A stretch of DNA of 64,000 bases from an uncultured Hyphomicrobiales bacterium (GTDB lineage Bacteria; Bacteroidota; Ignavibacteria; Kapaibacteriales; UBA2268). A model generated the notes under the pieces. The model saw nothing but the letters and a program-made list of their open reading frames with translations, searched no databases and was not told the DNA's origin. The position numbers were made by a program, and so were the translations under genes. Every line of letters starts with the position of its first letter. The first letter of the stretch is position 1. Positions 45,171 through 56,313 of the stretch are shown one piece after another. The stretch spans positions 29,770-93,769 of the forward strand of contig CAZSWR010000003.1 in the NCBI GenBank assembly GCA_964610885.1, read 5' to 3'.

Positions 45171-45283
45171 GTAGGGGTTCAAAATTTTGAACCCGTACAA
45201 AAACAAATTGAACCCTACAAAAGAGAAATGCATCATCATCATATGCTGTGGTTAAAATGGGGTTCAAAATTTTGAACCCCTAC
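45171..45283 (+). repeat. two direct copies of a 20-bp perfect palindrome GGGTTCAAAATTTTGAACCC flanked by GTAG/CTAC
   Basis: Copies at 45171-45198 and 45258-45283. These are a variant of the family 7 module B hairpin. Confidence 0.8.
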
Positions 45284-45360
45284 TATCCCACACTAAACGT
45301 TATAGACCCAAATAATCACGTATAACACTGATATTATTAGAGATGGTGTCATGCACAAAT

Positions 45361-45404
45361 CCACTGGTTAACCCGTTGGATGGCACAGAGATACTTTTTA
45401 ACCA
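45361..45404 (+). repeat. family 6 right sub-module copy
   Basis: ccactggttaacccgttggatggcacagagatactttttaaccag. Confidence 0.75.
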
Positions 45405-45490
45405 GCTCCAAAAAGTAACAATTTTGGTTTTAATTCGTATTATAGATATGAATTTTAAATGGAATATTTTCTAACTATCAGGACATTCAA

Positions 45491-47560
45491 ATGAACAGGT
45501 TGTACTCAGCTTTTTTGCTTTGTTTAGTGCTTGGATTCTTCTTTTCCAACGCGAAGGCAGACGTATGGGAGAAGTATTGCTCGTCGCCAGAGGGCGCGGT
45601 AATAGTGGGAATCCAGGGTGACGCCGCAAATGGACTCGGTGTGGTAACGTACTCCAAAACTTTTATCCAAAGCGCGACGGACGCCGTCTGGTCTTTTGCG
45701 GGCAACGCTGACCTCGACGAAGGGAAACCGTACTTTTACGTCGGAGATGGGTTTATGTATTCGCTCTTCGAACAAAAATTGAACCAGGTCAGTTTATTTA
45801 CAAAAGCGACTGTTAGCGTTGACTTGCCCCAGGGCGTTTCGACCTCCGACGTGAAACGCATCGCAGCGAAGGGCGCGAAATGCGCCATTTGGTGCGCGGG
45901 CGATGCTTCGTCGATTCGCTACATTTATGATTATTCCACAAAGACATGGTCCGAACCGAAAACCTATGACTATAATTACTACGATGTATATGTGAGCCAG
46001 GGCGGTATCGTTTGGAGGAACTCATATGGCGAATTTGGGTTCGACCATCGGAAATCGACCGATCTGGGCGAGTCATGGTCGGATTTATTCACGAATGTAT
46101 CCAACGATATTTTCGTTGACCACCTTGGAAATCAATACACTTACTTCGAAGGGGTTGCTACCAAGATTGACAATTCCGGCAACAAAATCGAAGATTTCCC
46201 ATTCTTGCAGAACGAGACTCCGGAATCCATTGAAACCTTCCGGGATTCCAAATTACTTGTTCAATACTCAAACAGCATCGTTGTCATCGATATCGCCTCG
46301 AAGACGCCTATCGATACAATAGAATTCGATCCACTAACCGACGGCAGATTAGTTGGTTTGGCTATTGTTGGCAAAGATTTGTACGTTGGGACAAGCAACA
46401 GCGTTTTTATATACTATGATTTAGCTACGCTACCTGTGATCGACAAATCTGGGCTGAATGCGGCGATGGGTTTGTACCTTACTCCGTACAAAGGGAAATT
46501 GCTTATGAGGTCGGTGGTTGGCTTGTATAGCATCGACCAATTGGGCGCAGTGAAACTTTCGGGTGCTATGTCCAATATGGAGAATCCTTCGGGCAGGGAT
46601 ATGGTCGTTACCTCGGACAGTAAGATTTATCTTATCGACAGAATGTTACGCAAACTCATGTGCTCCACGAATGACGGACAAAACTGGCAAGAGATTGTCC
46701 TTCCTTCCGGCGACGTTGCTGATTATATTACAGAAATCCAACCCGTTGGTCTCGTCGTCGGAACTGCAACCGGCAACAAAATCTATTCAATAGCGTCCGG
46801 TTCGACCACACCAAAGCTAATCGCAACAATTAACTATCCGGAGAATTTGGAATTCCAATTTATAAAATTGTTCGGGTCCACCGTTGTTGTAGTTACTGAC
46901 CAATTAATCTTCAGATCGATTGATATGGGCTCAAATTGGACCGGTACGCCGTCCACCGTATTCTCCACCGTGTCCGACATGTTCTCGATGGGCGAAGGAA
47001 TCATATGGTTGGCATCCCAAGGTAAATTCTACGAATCGACAGACGATGGCGAAAGCTGGACAGAAATTTCCGAGGAGTATAATTTCCTCTATCCGCTCCA
47101 ATTGCCCGACAAGAGTATTATGTTTGCCCATGCAACCACATACGATACATATATCATCCATCCGGACAAATCAATAACCAAGTTCGCATATCCGGCGCCG
47201 GATAAATTTATTTCCTCGCTTTGCCTCTTCGAGGGATACGTTTACGCAACAACAATCGGCGGCGAAATCTATAGATTTCCGTATTCGGTCCTTCCCGCCG
47301 AGGAGCAACCCGCATGGGAGCAAGTCTCGGCCTTCCCCGTTCCGGCATCGGAATTGGTTACAATCTCGCTTGGCGGCGCTTCGGCCGGCGATGCAATAAT
47401 CGAAGTCTTCAATTCCTTGGGCGAAAAGCAAAACGTCAGATTCGCAATCGAGGGCAACGAAGCCAAACTGAACGTTGCCAGCCTGCCCCAAGGCGTTTAC
47501 ACAGCAAGAATAATGAACCAGCCCAATGCAACAACGACAAAATTCGTGATTGCAAGGTAA
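45491..47560 (+). CDS. secreted BNR/Asp-box (sortilin/Ycf48-like) beta-propeller protein with a T9SS C-terminal domain
   Basis: Signal peptide present. Asp-boxes: STDLGESW, STNDGQNW, SIDMGSNW, STDDGESW. CTD: FPVPASELVTISL...LPQGVYTARIMNQPNATTTKFVIAR. Confidence 0.85.
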   Translation: MNRLYSAFLLCLVLGFFFSNAKADVWEKYCSSPEGAVIVGIQGDAANGLGVVTYSKTFIQSATDAVWSFAGNADLDEGKPYFYVGDGFMYSLFEQKLNQVSLFTKATVSVDLPQGVSTSDVKRIAAKGAKCAIWCAGDASSIRYIYDYSTKTWSEPKTYDYNYYDVYVSQGGIVWRNSYGEFGFDHRKSTDLGESWSDLFTNVSNDIFVDHLGNQYTYFEGVATKIDNSGNKIEDFPFLQNETPESIETFRDSKLLVQYSNSIVVIDIASKTPIDTIEFDPLTDGRLVGLAIVGKDLYVGTSNSVFIYYDLATLPVIDKSGLNAAMGLYLTPYKGKLLMRSVVGLYSIDQLGAVKLSGAMSNMENPSGRDMVVTSDSKIYLIDRMLRKLMCSTNDGQNWQEIVLPSGDVADYITEIQPVGLVVGTATGNKIYSIASGSTTPKLIATINYPENLEFQFIKLFGSTVVVVTDQLIFRSIDMGSNWTGTPSTVFSTVSDMFSMGEGIIWLASQGKFYESTDDGESWTEISEEYNFLYPLQLPDKSIMFAHATTYDTYIIHPDKSITKFAYPAPDKFISSLCLFEGYVYATTIGGEIYRFPYSVLPAEEQPAWEQVSAFPVPASELVTISLGGASAGDAIIEVFNSLGEKQNVRFAIEGNEAKLNVASLPQGVYTARIMNQPNATTTKFVIAR

Positions 47561-47584
47561 CACCGGCGTTCATCGCATAACTCG

Positions 47585-47629
47585 AAAAAAAGGGATACGG
47601 CTTGGTGGCTGTATCCCTTTTGTATTTTT
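47585..47629. terminator. bidirectional rho-independent terminator between convergent genes
   Basis: AAAAAAAGGGATAC - 12-nt loop - GTATCCCTTTTGTATTTTT, with an A-run and T-run flanking an 8-bp GC-containing stem. Confidence 0.8.
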
Positions 47630-47645
47630 GATAGCGTGGAGAGAA

Positions 47646-48743
47646 TCAATCGGTTGGTTGTTGCGCCGTCCCACCACCAGCCAATTGCCCGCAGGCGGCG
47701 TTGATATCGTCTCCGGCGGAGGCGCGAACGAAGGCATTGACGCCGAGCGCGCGAAGGTCATCGGCGAATTTACGTACCGAATCGTTCGTCGAGGGCCGCA
47801 ATTCCGATGCGACGCCTTCGGGATTGGTGAAGGAGATGTCGTGGTAATGGATAAGGTTCACTTTCGAGGGCACACGCCGGCAAATACGCGCCAGCCGAGA
47901 CACATCCTCGTGGGTATCATTAAGGCCCTCGAAGAGTATGTATTCGTAGGTGATCGGCAGCCCGGAAGCATTGTAATACACTTCGGCAGACGAGATTAAT
48001 TCATTGATGGGCCATTTCTCCGAAGCAGGAATGATTTTCCTTCGTACAGCGTCCGTTGGGGCGTGGAGCGAAATTGCCAATTTGACATGAGGATATTCTT
48101 CGGCCAAACGAAGCACTCCCGAAACGACTCCCGAAGTGGAGATCGTGATTTTTCGCTTGGACATTATTGTGTTTTCGCAGATGATGCGAAGGGATTTGAT
48201 GACGTTGTCCAGATTCAGCATCGGTTCGCCCATGCCCATGAACACGATATTCGTAATCTTGCAGTCAAGCTCGCGTTCGGCAGTGATTAATTGGCTTATG
48301 ATCTCTTCGGTGCTGAGGTTCCTTTTGAATTGCAGCTTTCCGGTGGCGCAGAATGCACAATCGAATCCGCAACCGACCTGCGTCGAGACGCAAAGAGTGC
48401 GCCGGGCCTCGTCCGAACGATTCTCCGGTATCATCACGGTCTCGAAATGCAGCCCGTCGGCAGTTTCCAAGAGCAATTTGGTGGTGCCGTCCTTGCTCGT
48501 TTGGCGCGAGACAGGTTTGAGCGAATTGAGGAGGAACTTTTCCTCCAGGCTGGACCTTACGTTGAGCGGCAAAGTGGAAATTTCGGAAAGGCAACTAACT
48601 CTATTGTCGAAGATTGCTTTTTGGATCTGCCGCGAACGGTATTTTGGCAATCCGAGCTTTTCGACAGCGCCGGACAATTCATCAAATAGCAAGCCATAAA
48701 CGGGTAACCTGTTCAATAAGCACTCCAAATTAATCTTACACAC
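47646..48743 (-). CDS. rlmN: 23S rRNA/tRNA adenine-C2 methyltransferase RlmN (radical SAM)
   Basis: CxxxCxxC cluster (VGCGFDCAFCATG), plus GMGEPMLN and CGQL near the C-terminus. GTG start. Confidence 0.92.
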   Translation of the reverse strand: MCKINLECLLNRLPVYGLLFDELSGAVEKLGLPKYRSRQIQKAIFDNRVSCLSEISTLPLNVRSSLEEKFLLNSLKPVSRQTSKDGTTKLLLETADGLHFETVMIPENRSDEARRTLCVSTQVGCGFDCAFCATGKLQFKRNLSTEEIISQLITAERELDCKITNIVFMGMGEPMLNLDNVIKSLRIICENTIMSKRKITISTSGVVSGVLRLAEEYPHVKLAISLHAPTDAVRRKIIPASEKWPINELISSAEVYYNASGLPITYEYILFEGLNDTHEDVSRLARICRRVPSKVNLIHYHDISFTNPEGVASELRPSTNDSVRKFADDLRALGVNAFVRASAGDDINAACGQLAGGGTAQQPTD

Positions 48744-49168
48744 CCTTTTTGTGAATTACCAAAAAATTGAAACCTCTGCGGAACGATTTCCGAAGTGTGC
48801 TTTGGGGGCGCTTGCCAATGGCCTGTAGAACTCTTGGGCCTGATGCGAGCAAATCCACTATTTCAATTCTTGGCCGGAAACCCTTTCGATTCTTTGCTGC
48901 GAGGCGCGAGTGATTAGATTTCCAATTCATATACTTAAACAAAGATAGTAAAATGATTTGAAAAAAAAAATAAATAATAAATTATATTATTTATTTCTCA
49001 AAAAAAATGTTTCATAGGACACATCATTTGCCTCCGATTTGCAATTTTGGAATATGGCTGCCCAGGAAATTTCGAATAACGCCGAGCCAATTGGCTTTAA
49101 TAATCTGCTCTATCTTGTCGCACTATAACGCTTTATGGTGGTTTTATAGCCCAAGTCCTCTTCCAAAC

Positions 49169-49236
49169 ACTCATCCGATAGTTAAAGAATTATGAGAAAA
49201 TTTCGAATGACAATTTACCGGAGTCATTGGATGAGT
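49169..49236. repeat. family 1 copy (diverged)
   Basis: actcatccgatag...gagtcattggatgagt. Confidence 0.7.
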
Positions 49237-49351
49237 CCCCAAGCAAAATATTGCGAGCAAATTTTATCTAACTTAGCAGATATGCGGGATCAACCATAGA
49301 ATTCGATGAGAGTTAGAAAAGAGTAAATATCGTTCAGCATCTTCTGCGAAT

Positions 49352-49570
49352 CGTAGGGGCACGGCACGCCGTGCACTGGTAGCCGGTTAGAATAGAACGG
49401 GATTGTATTATACCCACATGTGTATTTCATTATGTCCTATATAAATCATATTCTCGAACGGGTTTGGAACCCGCCCCTACACCTCTTTCTACTTGCTACT
49501 TTTACCTTTTTACCTGCAACTATTTTCACTACATCATCACATCTTCACATCAGCTTATCAACTAATCTTC
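49352..49570 (+). repeat. family 7 copy (no left arm)
   Basis: Module A is cgtaggggcacggcacgccgtgcactg (49352-49378). Module B is tatataaatcatattctcgaacgggtttggaacccgcccctaca (49438-49481). The right arm contains ctacttgctacttttacc...catcatcacatcttcacatc. Confidence 0.8.
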
Positions 49571-49635
49571 TGGGCACCTTTTACTTTTTCTTTTGTATAT
49601 TGCTTGTTGATTGGTTTGTCAGATTTGGATAATAT

Positions 49636-50937
49636 ATGAAGGTACCGATAGCGTTAGTCGATTGCAATAATTTCTATGCCTCTTGCGAAAGGGTTTTCAA
49701 CCCAAAGCTCGCAGGCAAGCCAATTATTGTGCTTTCGAACAACGACGGAATGATCGTTGCCCGCTCGAACGAAGCCAAAGCTCTCGGTATTAAAATGGGC
49801 GAGCCACTCTTCAAAGTGAAGAGAATCGTCGATCAGTACGGCGTTTTCGTCTTTAGCTCGAACTACACACTCTACGGCGATATGTCCATGCGCGTGATGC
49901 GGACGCTCGAGCGGTTCGCGCCCGAAGTCGAGATCTATTCAATCGACGAAGCCTTCCTGAACTTCCACGGCGTGGAGCGCAAAGGGCTTACCGAATATTG
50001 CCGCAAAATTCGCGAGACAGTCTTTCAGTGGACGGGGATTCCCGTTTCTATCGGTGTCGCCGAAACGAAAACTCTGGCCAAACTGGCCAACCGATACGCA
50101 AAAAAGCATCCCGAAACCGGTGGCGTTTTGAACTTGATCGACTATGAGAATATCGATTCATATTTGGAGCAAACCGATACTGCGGACATTTGGGGCATCG
50201 GCCGCCAATACACAAAGGCTCTGTGGGCGCGGGGCATCACCAATGCGCTCGAATTCGCCCACGCGAACAGCAAATGGGTGCGAAAGCGCTGCACCGTCAT
50301 GGGACTGCGCACCCAGCAGGAGCTGCTCGGCCGGCCTTGCATATCGATAGACCACGCACCGAGGCCGAAAAAGTCGATCGTATGCTCGCGATCTTTCGGG
50401 GCGGTTACGTCGGACAAGCAACACATCAAAGAAGCTGTTGCATACTTCGCATCGCTTGCCGCACAGAAACTGCGCAAACAGAAATCAGGCGCCACGCTCC
50501 TGACCGTCTTCCTGCGTACAAACCCGTTCCGGGACGCACCGCAATACCACAACGGCGCGCTCGTGCAGCTCCCCGTGCCGACGGATTCGACATCGGAACT
50601 GATAAAATATGCCGAACAGGGCGTCGAACAGATATTCCGCGAGGGTTTCGAATACCACAAAGTGGGTGTACTGCTGGCCGGATTCGTGCCGATCGACCGA
50701 TCGCAGCTTCAGATATTCGAACCGGAGGACAGGGCACGCATGGCCGTCGTGAGCGAAACAATGGACAAAATCAACAAAGATTTCGGCGCAAATACGGTTT
50801 TCTTCGCTGCCGCCGGCACTCGCAGGAATTGGAGCATGAAGCGCGAAAAGAAATCCCCGCACTACACCACCGACTGGGACGACCTGCCGCAAGTCAAAGC
50901 CGGCGAACAATCGGGCGAATCCGCTACTGGCAAGTAG
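49636..50937 (+). CDS. umuC: Y-family DNA polymerase, UmuC-like subunit
   Basis: The N-terminus [50 protein letters not shown] closely parallels the E. coli UmuC N-terminus. YSIDEAF is the catalytic acidic motif. Confidence 0.85.
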   Translation: MKVPIALVDCNNFYASCERVFNPKLAGKPIIVLSNNDGMIVARSNEAKALGIKMGEPLFKVKRIVDQYGVFVFSSNYTLYGDMSMRVMRTLERFAPEVEIYSIDEAFLNFHGVERKGLTEYCRKIRETVFQWTGIPVSIGVAETKTLAKLANRYAKKHPETGGVLNLIDYENIDSYLEQTDTADIWGIGRQYTKALWARGITNALEFAHANSKWVRKRCTVMGLRTQQELLGRPCISIDHAPRPKKSIVCSRSFGAVTSDKQHIKEAVAYFASLAAQKLRKQKSGATLLTVFLRTNPFRDAPQYHNGALVQLPVPTDSTSELIKYAEQGVEQIFREGFEYHKVGVLLAGFVPIDRSQLQIFEPEDRARMAVVSETMDKINKDFGANTVFFAAAGTRRNWSMKREKKSPHYTTDWDDLPQVKAGEQSGESATGK

Positions 50938-51027
50938 TATAATCTATTGCTATCAAACAAAAAGTTTAGTTTTTTCAATAATACCTTTTAGATTTGTAAA
51001 GTTGGAAAACAGTTTTTCGAGGGAAAA

Positions 51028-53859
51028 ATGAAAAAGATTATTATACTCGTATTGTCGTTAGTTATTGCAAGCTCTGCCGTGCTTTCGGCCAAGGATTTTC
51101 GCATCATCGAAACCAAACAGGGCACCTCGATGGTAGCCGGCCACGCAATGGTGCGTCTGAAAGAAATGCCTTCTGGCGGTTCGGCCCAAAGCGCTTCGTG
51201 GGACTTTACCATCGTAGAGCCGCTGCTTTCGGCCACGGAAGCCACAGAGGCCAAGCGCACGCTGCGCCCGGCTGTCCTTGCTGCCAATCAATCCGAATTA
51301 TCGATGCTTGAGGATCGGCTGACTCGGACCTTCGTAGTGGAATTCGACCCCAAAGAAACGCCTGATGAGTTCTGCCACAGAATCGTGGCCGATTGCCCCG
51401 ACGTCGAATATGCCGAGCCGTGGTATGTGGCCGAAATTCAGTACAGGCCAAATGATAACTTGGTGGATTTCCAGGCTATGCTCGCCAACTGCAAATTCTT
51501 CGAGGCTTGGGACATCTACAAAGGCGATCCGTCTATCGTCATTGGCATCAGCGACAATGGCATTGACCAATCGCACGAAGACCTTGCGCCAAATATTGCA
51601 ATCAATACGGCAGACCCAGTGGACAGCATCGATAACGACGGCAACGGCTTCATTGATGACTACAACGGCTTCAATTTCGCCAACAGTGTGGACCATCAGG
51701 GCTACAACAATACATACGTGGAGAACGACCACGGCACAATGACCTCCGGAATCGCCGCCGCCAAGACTAATAACACAAAAGGCATCGCCGGGACAGGCTG
51801 TTTCTGCTCATTTTTCCCGATGAAAACAGCAGAATACGACTATCCGAAACGCATCGTTTACGGATACAAATCGCTTCTGTATTCAGCGATTCGCCATTTC
51901 AAAGTAGTTAGCTGCAGTTGGGGATTCCCGCTTAAGTATTCGCGTTTCAACCAAGAAATCGTGCGCTACGTGGCCGCAAACGATGTGGCTATTGTGGTCG
52001 CCGGCGGAAATGTCCGCTCAGTCATCCTTCAGACTAACTATCCGGCCGGATACACAGACTTGCTCTCCGTCGGCGAGGTGGACCAATCGGATATTATCTC
52101 CGGCAGCACCACACTCGGAGCGCATATCAACGTTATGGCTCCCGGCATTGGGGACTATTATACAACTTTCGAAAATGGATATTTGCAAGAAACGATTGGC
52201 GGCACTTCTGTGGCGACTCCGGTCGTGGCCGGATTGGTTGCGCTCGTCCGCGGCAAGAATCCGACTCTCAATGCCCTTCAATCCTTGGAAATTGTGCGCC
52301 AGGCAACCGACGACATCCGCTCGGTCAATGTGCCCTATGCGGACATTGTCCCGGGCAGGATCAACGCACAGCGCGCCCTCCAGACCGACCCGAACACGAT
52401 TCCTGGGCTTCGCCCACAGAGCATGCAATTCATCGGGCGCAGTGGCAATCCGGTCGTCCGCTACGACGTCGGGGACACCGTCAGGCTTCGCTTCCAGATG
52501 AAGAACCATTTGGCCGCGGCCAAGAATGTGCGTTTCGTGCTTTCTTTTGCTCAGGACGCGAAATCGTCGCTCCAAGCGGTCGAATCCACCGTCGTGGTGC
52601 CGAGTATTGCAGCTTCGAGTTTGTTCGATCTGGGCGATTTCAGCTTCGTCCTCAAGAACAGGAGCAGCGACAAGGCTTTCATCCGAGTGGATATTTACGG
52701 CGAAAACGGCTACAAAGATTTCTTCTTGATGTCGATTTATCCATACAACGAAATGCGGACGCTTGCGAACAGCACGGTAATGGCTTCGTTCGGCGACCGT
52801 GGCAATTTCGGCTACAGCCCTGATTTGTACGAATACGTGGGCGAAGGATTCTCGTATAAAAACATTGGAACCACGCTGGACAAAGGCGGACTATTCGTAA
52901 CGGCCGATTATACCCAAGCAGTTTCGTCACTCTTCAGCGAAAGAGACGACAACAACGATTTCGCGATCGAAAAGCCTTTCCTGGAGCCTTACGAGAACCA
53001 AGCCATATTCACAGACGCCAATGCCTACGAAGAATTCGCAATCGGCGTGCGCGTGCACCAAGACATTAGCATCGGCAGCGATGGCAAGGGCTACGTCAAG
53101 ATTATTAATCAAATCCAAAACACAGGCATAACCAGAAACCTGCTTGCTGCGTCGTACTATGTGGACTTCGACATGTCAAATGTGGATTCCAACCGCACAT
53201 CTCTTTTCCCCGAGGCCATTCCCGAATCGTATGCTGCAATGCCCGCCTCGGCCGAGCTTATTGAATCATCCGATCCGGATTGGCCATTCGTGGGCGTGGC
53301 TGCATTTGCAGGCAACGAACATCCGGCCCGCGCATTCACGGCCGGCATAGACCGGCGCACAAATTTCTCGATCGATCAATTGTGCGACATCGTGGCCACT
53401 GGCAGCAATACCCAATCGGAACTGTGGCGCGACGTAGCAGTAGCGGCCGGCGTTGAGTTCTCCGGCACAATCGAGAAAGACAGCCAGCGCACCTGCGCGG
53501 TTTGTTTCGCAGCGGCTGCGACCAAATCCGAACTGGCGGCTTTACTTCAGGATTGCATTTTGTCCGGGACTTATATTTCTGCGCGAGAGGACGCCCCGAG
53601 CGCACAAGTGGACTTTGCCGTGCTGCCCCAACCGGCGCAAGCGCATTCATCGCTCGTGATTACGGGCACTGAGGGCGGGCCGGCAAGGCTCGAAGTAATC
53701 GACATGCTCGGGAATTCGGCTATCGTGAAGAATGACTTGCAACTCGGCAAAGAATACTCAAACGTCCCATTGGACCTTTCCTCGCTCGCCCCTGGTGTTT
53801 ATATTTTGAAACTTACGATAAATGGTAATTCATTAGTTAAAAAAATAATATTACAATAA
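51028..53859 (+). CDS. S8 (subtilisin-family) serine peptidase with a T9SS C-terminal domain
   Basis: Catalytic triad motifs IGISDNGID, DHGTMTSG and GGTSVATPVVAG. CTD: VLPQPAQAHSSLVI...LAPGVYILKLTINGNSLVKKIILQ. Confidence 0.9.
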   Translation: MKKIIILVLSLVIASSAVLSAKDFRIIETKQGTSMVAGHAMVRLKEMPSGGSAQSASWDFTIVEPLLSATEATEAKRTLRPAVLAANQSELSMLEDRLTRTFVVEFDPKETPDEFCHRIVADCPDVEYAEPWYVAEIQYRPNDNLVDFQAMLANCKFFEAWDIYKGDPSIVIGISDNGIDQSHEDLAPNIAINTADPVDSIDNDGNGFIDDYNGFNFANSVDHQGYNNTYVENDHGTMTSGIAAAKTNNTKGIAGTGCFCSFFPMKTAEYDYPKRIVYGYKSLLYSAIRHFKVVSCSWGFPLKYSRFNQEIVRYVAANDVAIVVAGGNVRSVILQTNYPAGYTDLLSVGEVDQSDIISGSTTLGAHINVMAPGIGDYYTTFENGYLQETIGGTSVATPVVAGLVALVRGKNPTLNALQSLEIVRQATDDIRSVNVPYADIVPGRINAQRALQTDPNTIPGLRPQSMQFIGRSGNPVVRYDVGDTVRLRFQMKNHLAAAKNVRFVLSFAQDAKSSLQAVESTVVVPSIAASSLFDLGDFSFVLKNRSSDKAFIRVDIYGENGYKDFFLMSIYPYNEMRTLANSTVMASFGDRGNFGYSPDLYEYVGEGFSYKNIGTTLDKGGLFVTADYTQAVSSLFSERDDNNDFAIEKPFLEPYENQAIFTDANAYEEFAIGVRVHQDISIGSDGKGYVKIINQIQNTGITRNLLAASYYVDFDMSNVDSNRTSLFPEAIPESYAAMPASAELIESSDPDWPFVGVAAFAGNEHPARAFTAGIDRRTNFSIDQLCDIVATGSNTQSELWRDVAVAAGVEFSGTIEKDSQRTCAVCFAAAATKSELAALLQDCILSGTYISAREDAPSAQVDFAVLPQPAQAHSSLVITGTEGGPARLEVIDMLGNSAIVKNDLQLGKEYSNVPLDLSSLAPGVYILKLTINGNSLVKKIILQ

Positions 53860-53862
53860 AAG

Positions 53863-54549
53863 ATGAAAAAAAAGTTAACGATTGATAGCTTGATTAATGA
53901 AGCCAAAATATTCTCGAATTCGGAATCATTACTCGAAAACAGCGAGCTTTTTGGTATCACAGACGGAAAAGCTGTAGGGACATATATCGAACAAAAGTTT
54001 CAAAATCATTTACTATCCAAATATGAACTTGAGATAGGTTCATCAGCATCGGGAATTGACCTGCCTTCTGATGAAATTATGACGGATATAAAAGTAACAT
54101 CAATCAAACAGCCACAGTCATCGTGTCCATTCAAGGATGCAAGGCAGAAAATATTCGGTTTGGATTACAATTTATTAGTTTTTGTTTATAATAAATCTGA
54201 CAATACCATTACCAAAACTGCTAAACTAGATTTTTTAAGCTGCATATTCCTGTCCAAGAATAGAACTGCTGACTACACAACCACTTATCGGCTCAGGCAG
54301 ATGATTGCGGACAAAGCCAACTCGGATGATATTATTTCATATCTTAGAGACAGAAACATCCCGGCAGACGAGATAACTTTGCAGAACTTAGCCGAGGAGA
54401 TTCTGTTACGTCCCCCGTCCCAAGGTTATCTTACAATATCCAACGCTTTGCAATGGAGATTGCAATATGGCAGGTTGGTATCGCTAAGCGATGAAATCGA
54501 TGGTGTTATAAGAATTGTTGACAAAGTTGCAAAAAATGATACTAACTGA
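53863..54549 (+). CDS. putative type II restriction endonuclease (PD-(D/E)xK)
   Basis: 228 aa, AT-rich. Candidate core is E43...GID66LP...D75-I-K77. It overlaps the adjacent MTase gene by 14 nt. The assignment rests mainly on context. Confidence 0.55.
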   Translation: MKKKLTIDSLINEAKIFSNSESLLENSELFGITDGKAVGTYIEQKFQNHLLSKYELEIGSSASGIDLPSDEIMTDIKVTSIKQPQSSCPFKDARQKIFGLDYNLLVFVYNKSDNTITKTAKLDFLSCIFLSKNRTADYTTTYRLRQMIADKANSDDIISYLRDRNIPADEITLQNLAEEILLRPPSQGYLTISNALQWRLQYGRLVSLSDEIDGVIRIVDKVAKNDTN

Positions 54550-56302
54550 CACAAACATTAATAATATAGCAAAAGAATTCCTGCTTAATTTGGTAAATGC
54601 AGAAGCATCAATCGACATGTTGAATGCCGAAATTGAAACCGTTTGCGGAATTCGTGATTTTTTCGCGAACAGCGGCGAGCTTGACGCTTTCCGCCAAACA
54701 ATTAGCAACAGACAGGAAACGATTCATGATAGAAATAAGGTTGAATATGGCGATTTTCAGACGAATTTGAACCTTGCCCGCTCCGTATGCAGTCAAATTA
54801 ATCCCCAGAACAACGAGCCTCTTGTCTTGGTAGAGCCAACATGTGGCAAGGGTCATTTTATCATTGCTGCATTAGATACTTACCAATCAATTTGTTCGAT
54901 AATCGGAATCGAAATCTATCAGCCCTATGTGTGGGAAGCAAAACTTAACATACTTGAATACTTTTTGAAGAATGATCGAAACCGAAAACCATCGATTAGA
55001 ATCATTCATGCAAATGTTTTCGATTATAGCTTCATCGGTTTGAAAAAAGAATTCAAGTCCTCGAATTTCCTGATAATCGGGAATCCGCCATGGGTTACGA
55101 ATTCCGGGCTGGGCAAAATTGCGTCAACGAACCTTCCGAAAAAGGTTAATATTAATAAAACAAGTGGGATCGAAGCACTTACCGGAAAAGGGAATTTCGA
55201 TATTGCCGAAAGCATAGTGCTCCGGCTCATTGATGCGTTTGGCGATTCAAATGCTACGATTGGCCTTTTAGTCAAAAACTCCGTAATAAAGAATTTGATG
55301 TATTACCAACACAAAAAGAAATATCCCATTCGCAATATTAAAAAATTCAATATCGATGCGAAAAAGGAATTCGATGTGTCCGTTGGAGCATCTCTTCTAT
55401 ATGCCGAAATAGACAATCAATACAGTTTGCAATGCAGAGAATATGACCTTTATTCGAATCAATACTTGAAGTCCTTCGGTTGGGCCGAGGATAAGTTTAT
55501 TTCAGACATTGATGAATACTCGAGCAATATCGAAGGAGTATGCCAAATCGAATGGAGGCAAGGCATTAAGCACGACTGCTCAGAAATTATGGATTTCGAG
55601 ATATTTGGCGATAGATTTACGAACTCGAAGGGAGATGTTTTCGACTTAGAAACCGATTTGGTTTACGGACTGATTAAGAGTTCAGACCTAAAACATAGGG
55701 TTGTTGATTCTGTAAGAAAATACACAATTGTAACTCAATCATTCATCGGCCAGGATACGGAGTACTTAGAAAAGAAGTATCCCAAAGTATTCAAATACCT
55801 CGATGCGAACAGATCGAGATTCAATTCTCGCAAATCATCCATTTACTCCGGCAAGGCACCTTTTTCGATCTTCGGTATTGGCGATTACTCTTTCAAGCCA
55901 TATAAAGTTGCAATTTCTGGCTTGTATAAAAAACCGGATTTCTCTTTGATAATGCCCCTCCAATCGAAACCTACGATGCTTGATGACACCTGTTATTTCA
56001 TCGGTTTCGATATATTGGAATATGCTGTTTTTTCAATGATACTGCTAAATTCCAGTATCACAAAAAAGTTCTTGAACTCGATTGTTTTTCTGGATTCCAA
56101 AAGGCCATACACAAAAGATATTTTGATGCGCATTGACCTGTTTGCAATTGCCACACTTATCTCTTTTTCGGAAGTGGAAATTAGCTTTAATCAAATAAAG
56201 CATGAGAAATTGTCCGACATCGACATTACTCTTTGGGATAGTTACCTCAGTTCTGTTTTCAGAAATACTAAAAACCAATTAGCTCTATTTGAAACCACAT
56301 AA
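54536..56302 (+). CDS. N6-adenine DNA methyltransferase (TaqI/Eco57I-like gamma class)
   Basis: Motif I is [11 protein letters not shown], upstream of motif [11 protein letters not shown], with a long C-terminal target-recognition region. The ATG at 54536 is preferred over the TTG at 54515. Confidence 0.8.
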   Translation: MILTDTNINNIAKEFLLNLVNAEASIDMLNAEIETVCGIRDFFANSGELDAFRQTISNRQETIHDRNKVEYGDFQTNLNLARSVCSQINPQNNEPLVLVEPTCGKGHFIIAALDTYQSICSIIGIEIYQPYVWEAKLNILEYFLKNDRNRKPSIRIIHANVFDYSFIGLKKEFKSSNFLIIGNPPWVTNSGLGKIASTNLPKKVNINKTSGIEALTGKGNFDIAESIVLRLIDAFGDSNATIGLLVKNSVIKNLMYYQHKKKYPIRNIKKFNIDAKKEFDVSVGASLLYAEIDNQYSLQCREYDLYSNQYLKSFGWAEDKFISDIDEYSSNIEGVCQIEWRQGIKHDCSEIMDFEIFGDRFTNSKGDVFDLETDLVYGLIKSSDLKHRVVDSVRKYTIVTQSFIGQDTEYLEKKYPKVFKYLDANRSRFNSRKSSIYSGKAPFSIFGIGDYSFKPYKVAISGLYKKPDFSLIMPLQSKPTMLDDTCYFIGFDILEYAVFSMILLNSSITKKFLNSIVFLDSKRPYTKDILMRIDLFAIATLISFSEVEISFNQIKHEKLSDIDITLWDSYLSSVFRNTKNQLALFETT

Positions 56303-56313
56303 ATTACTCTCTT

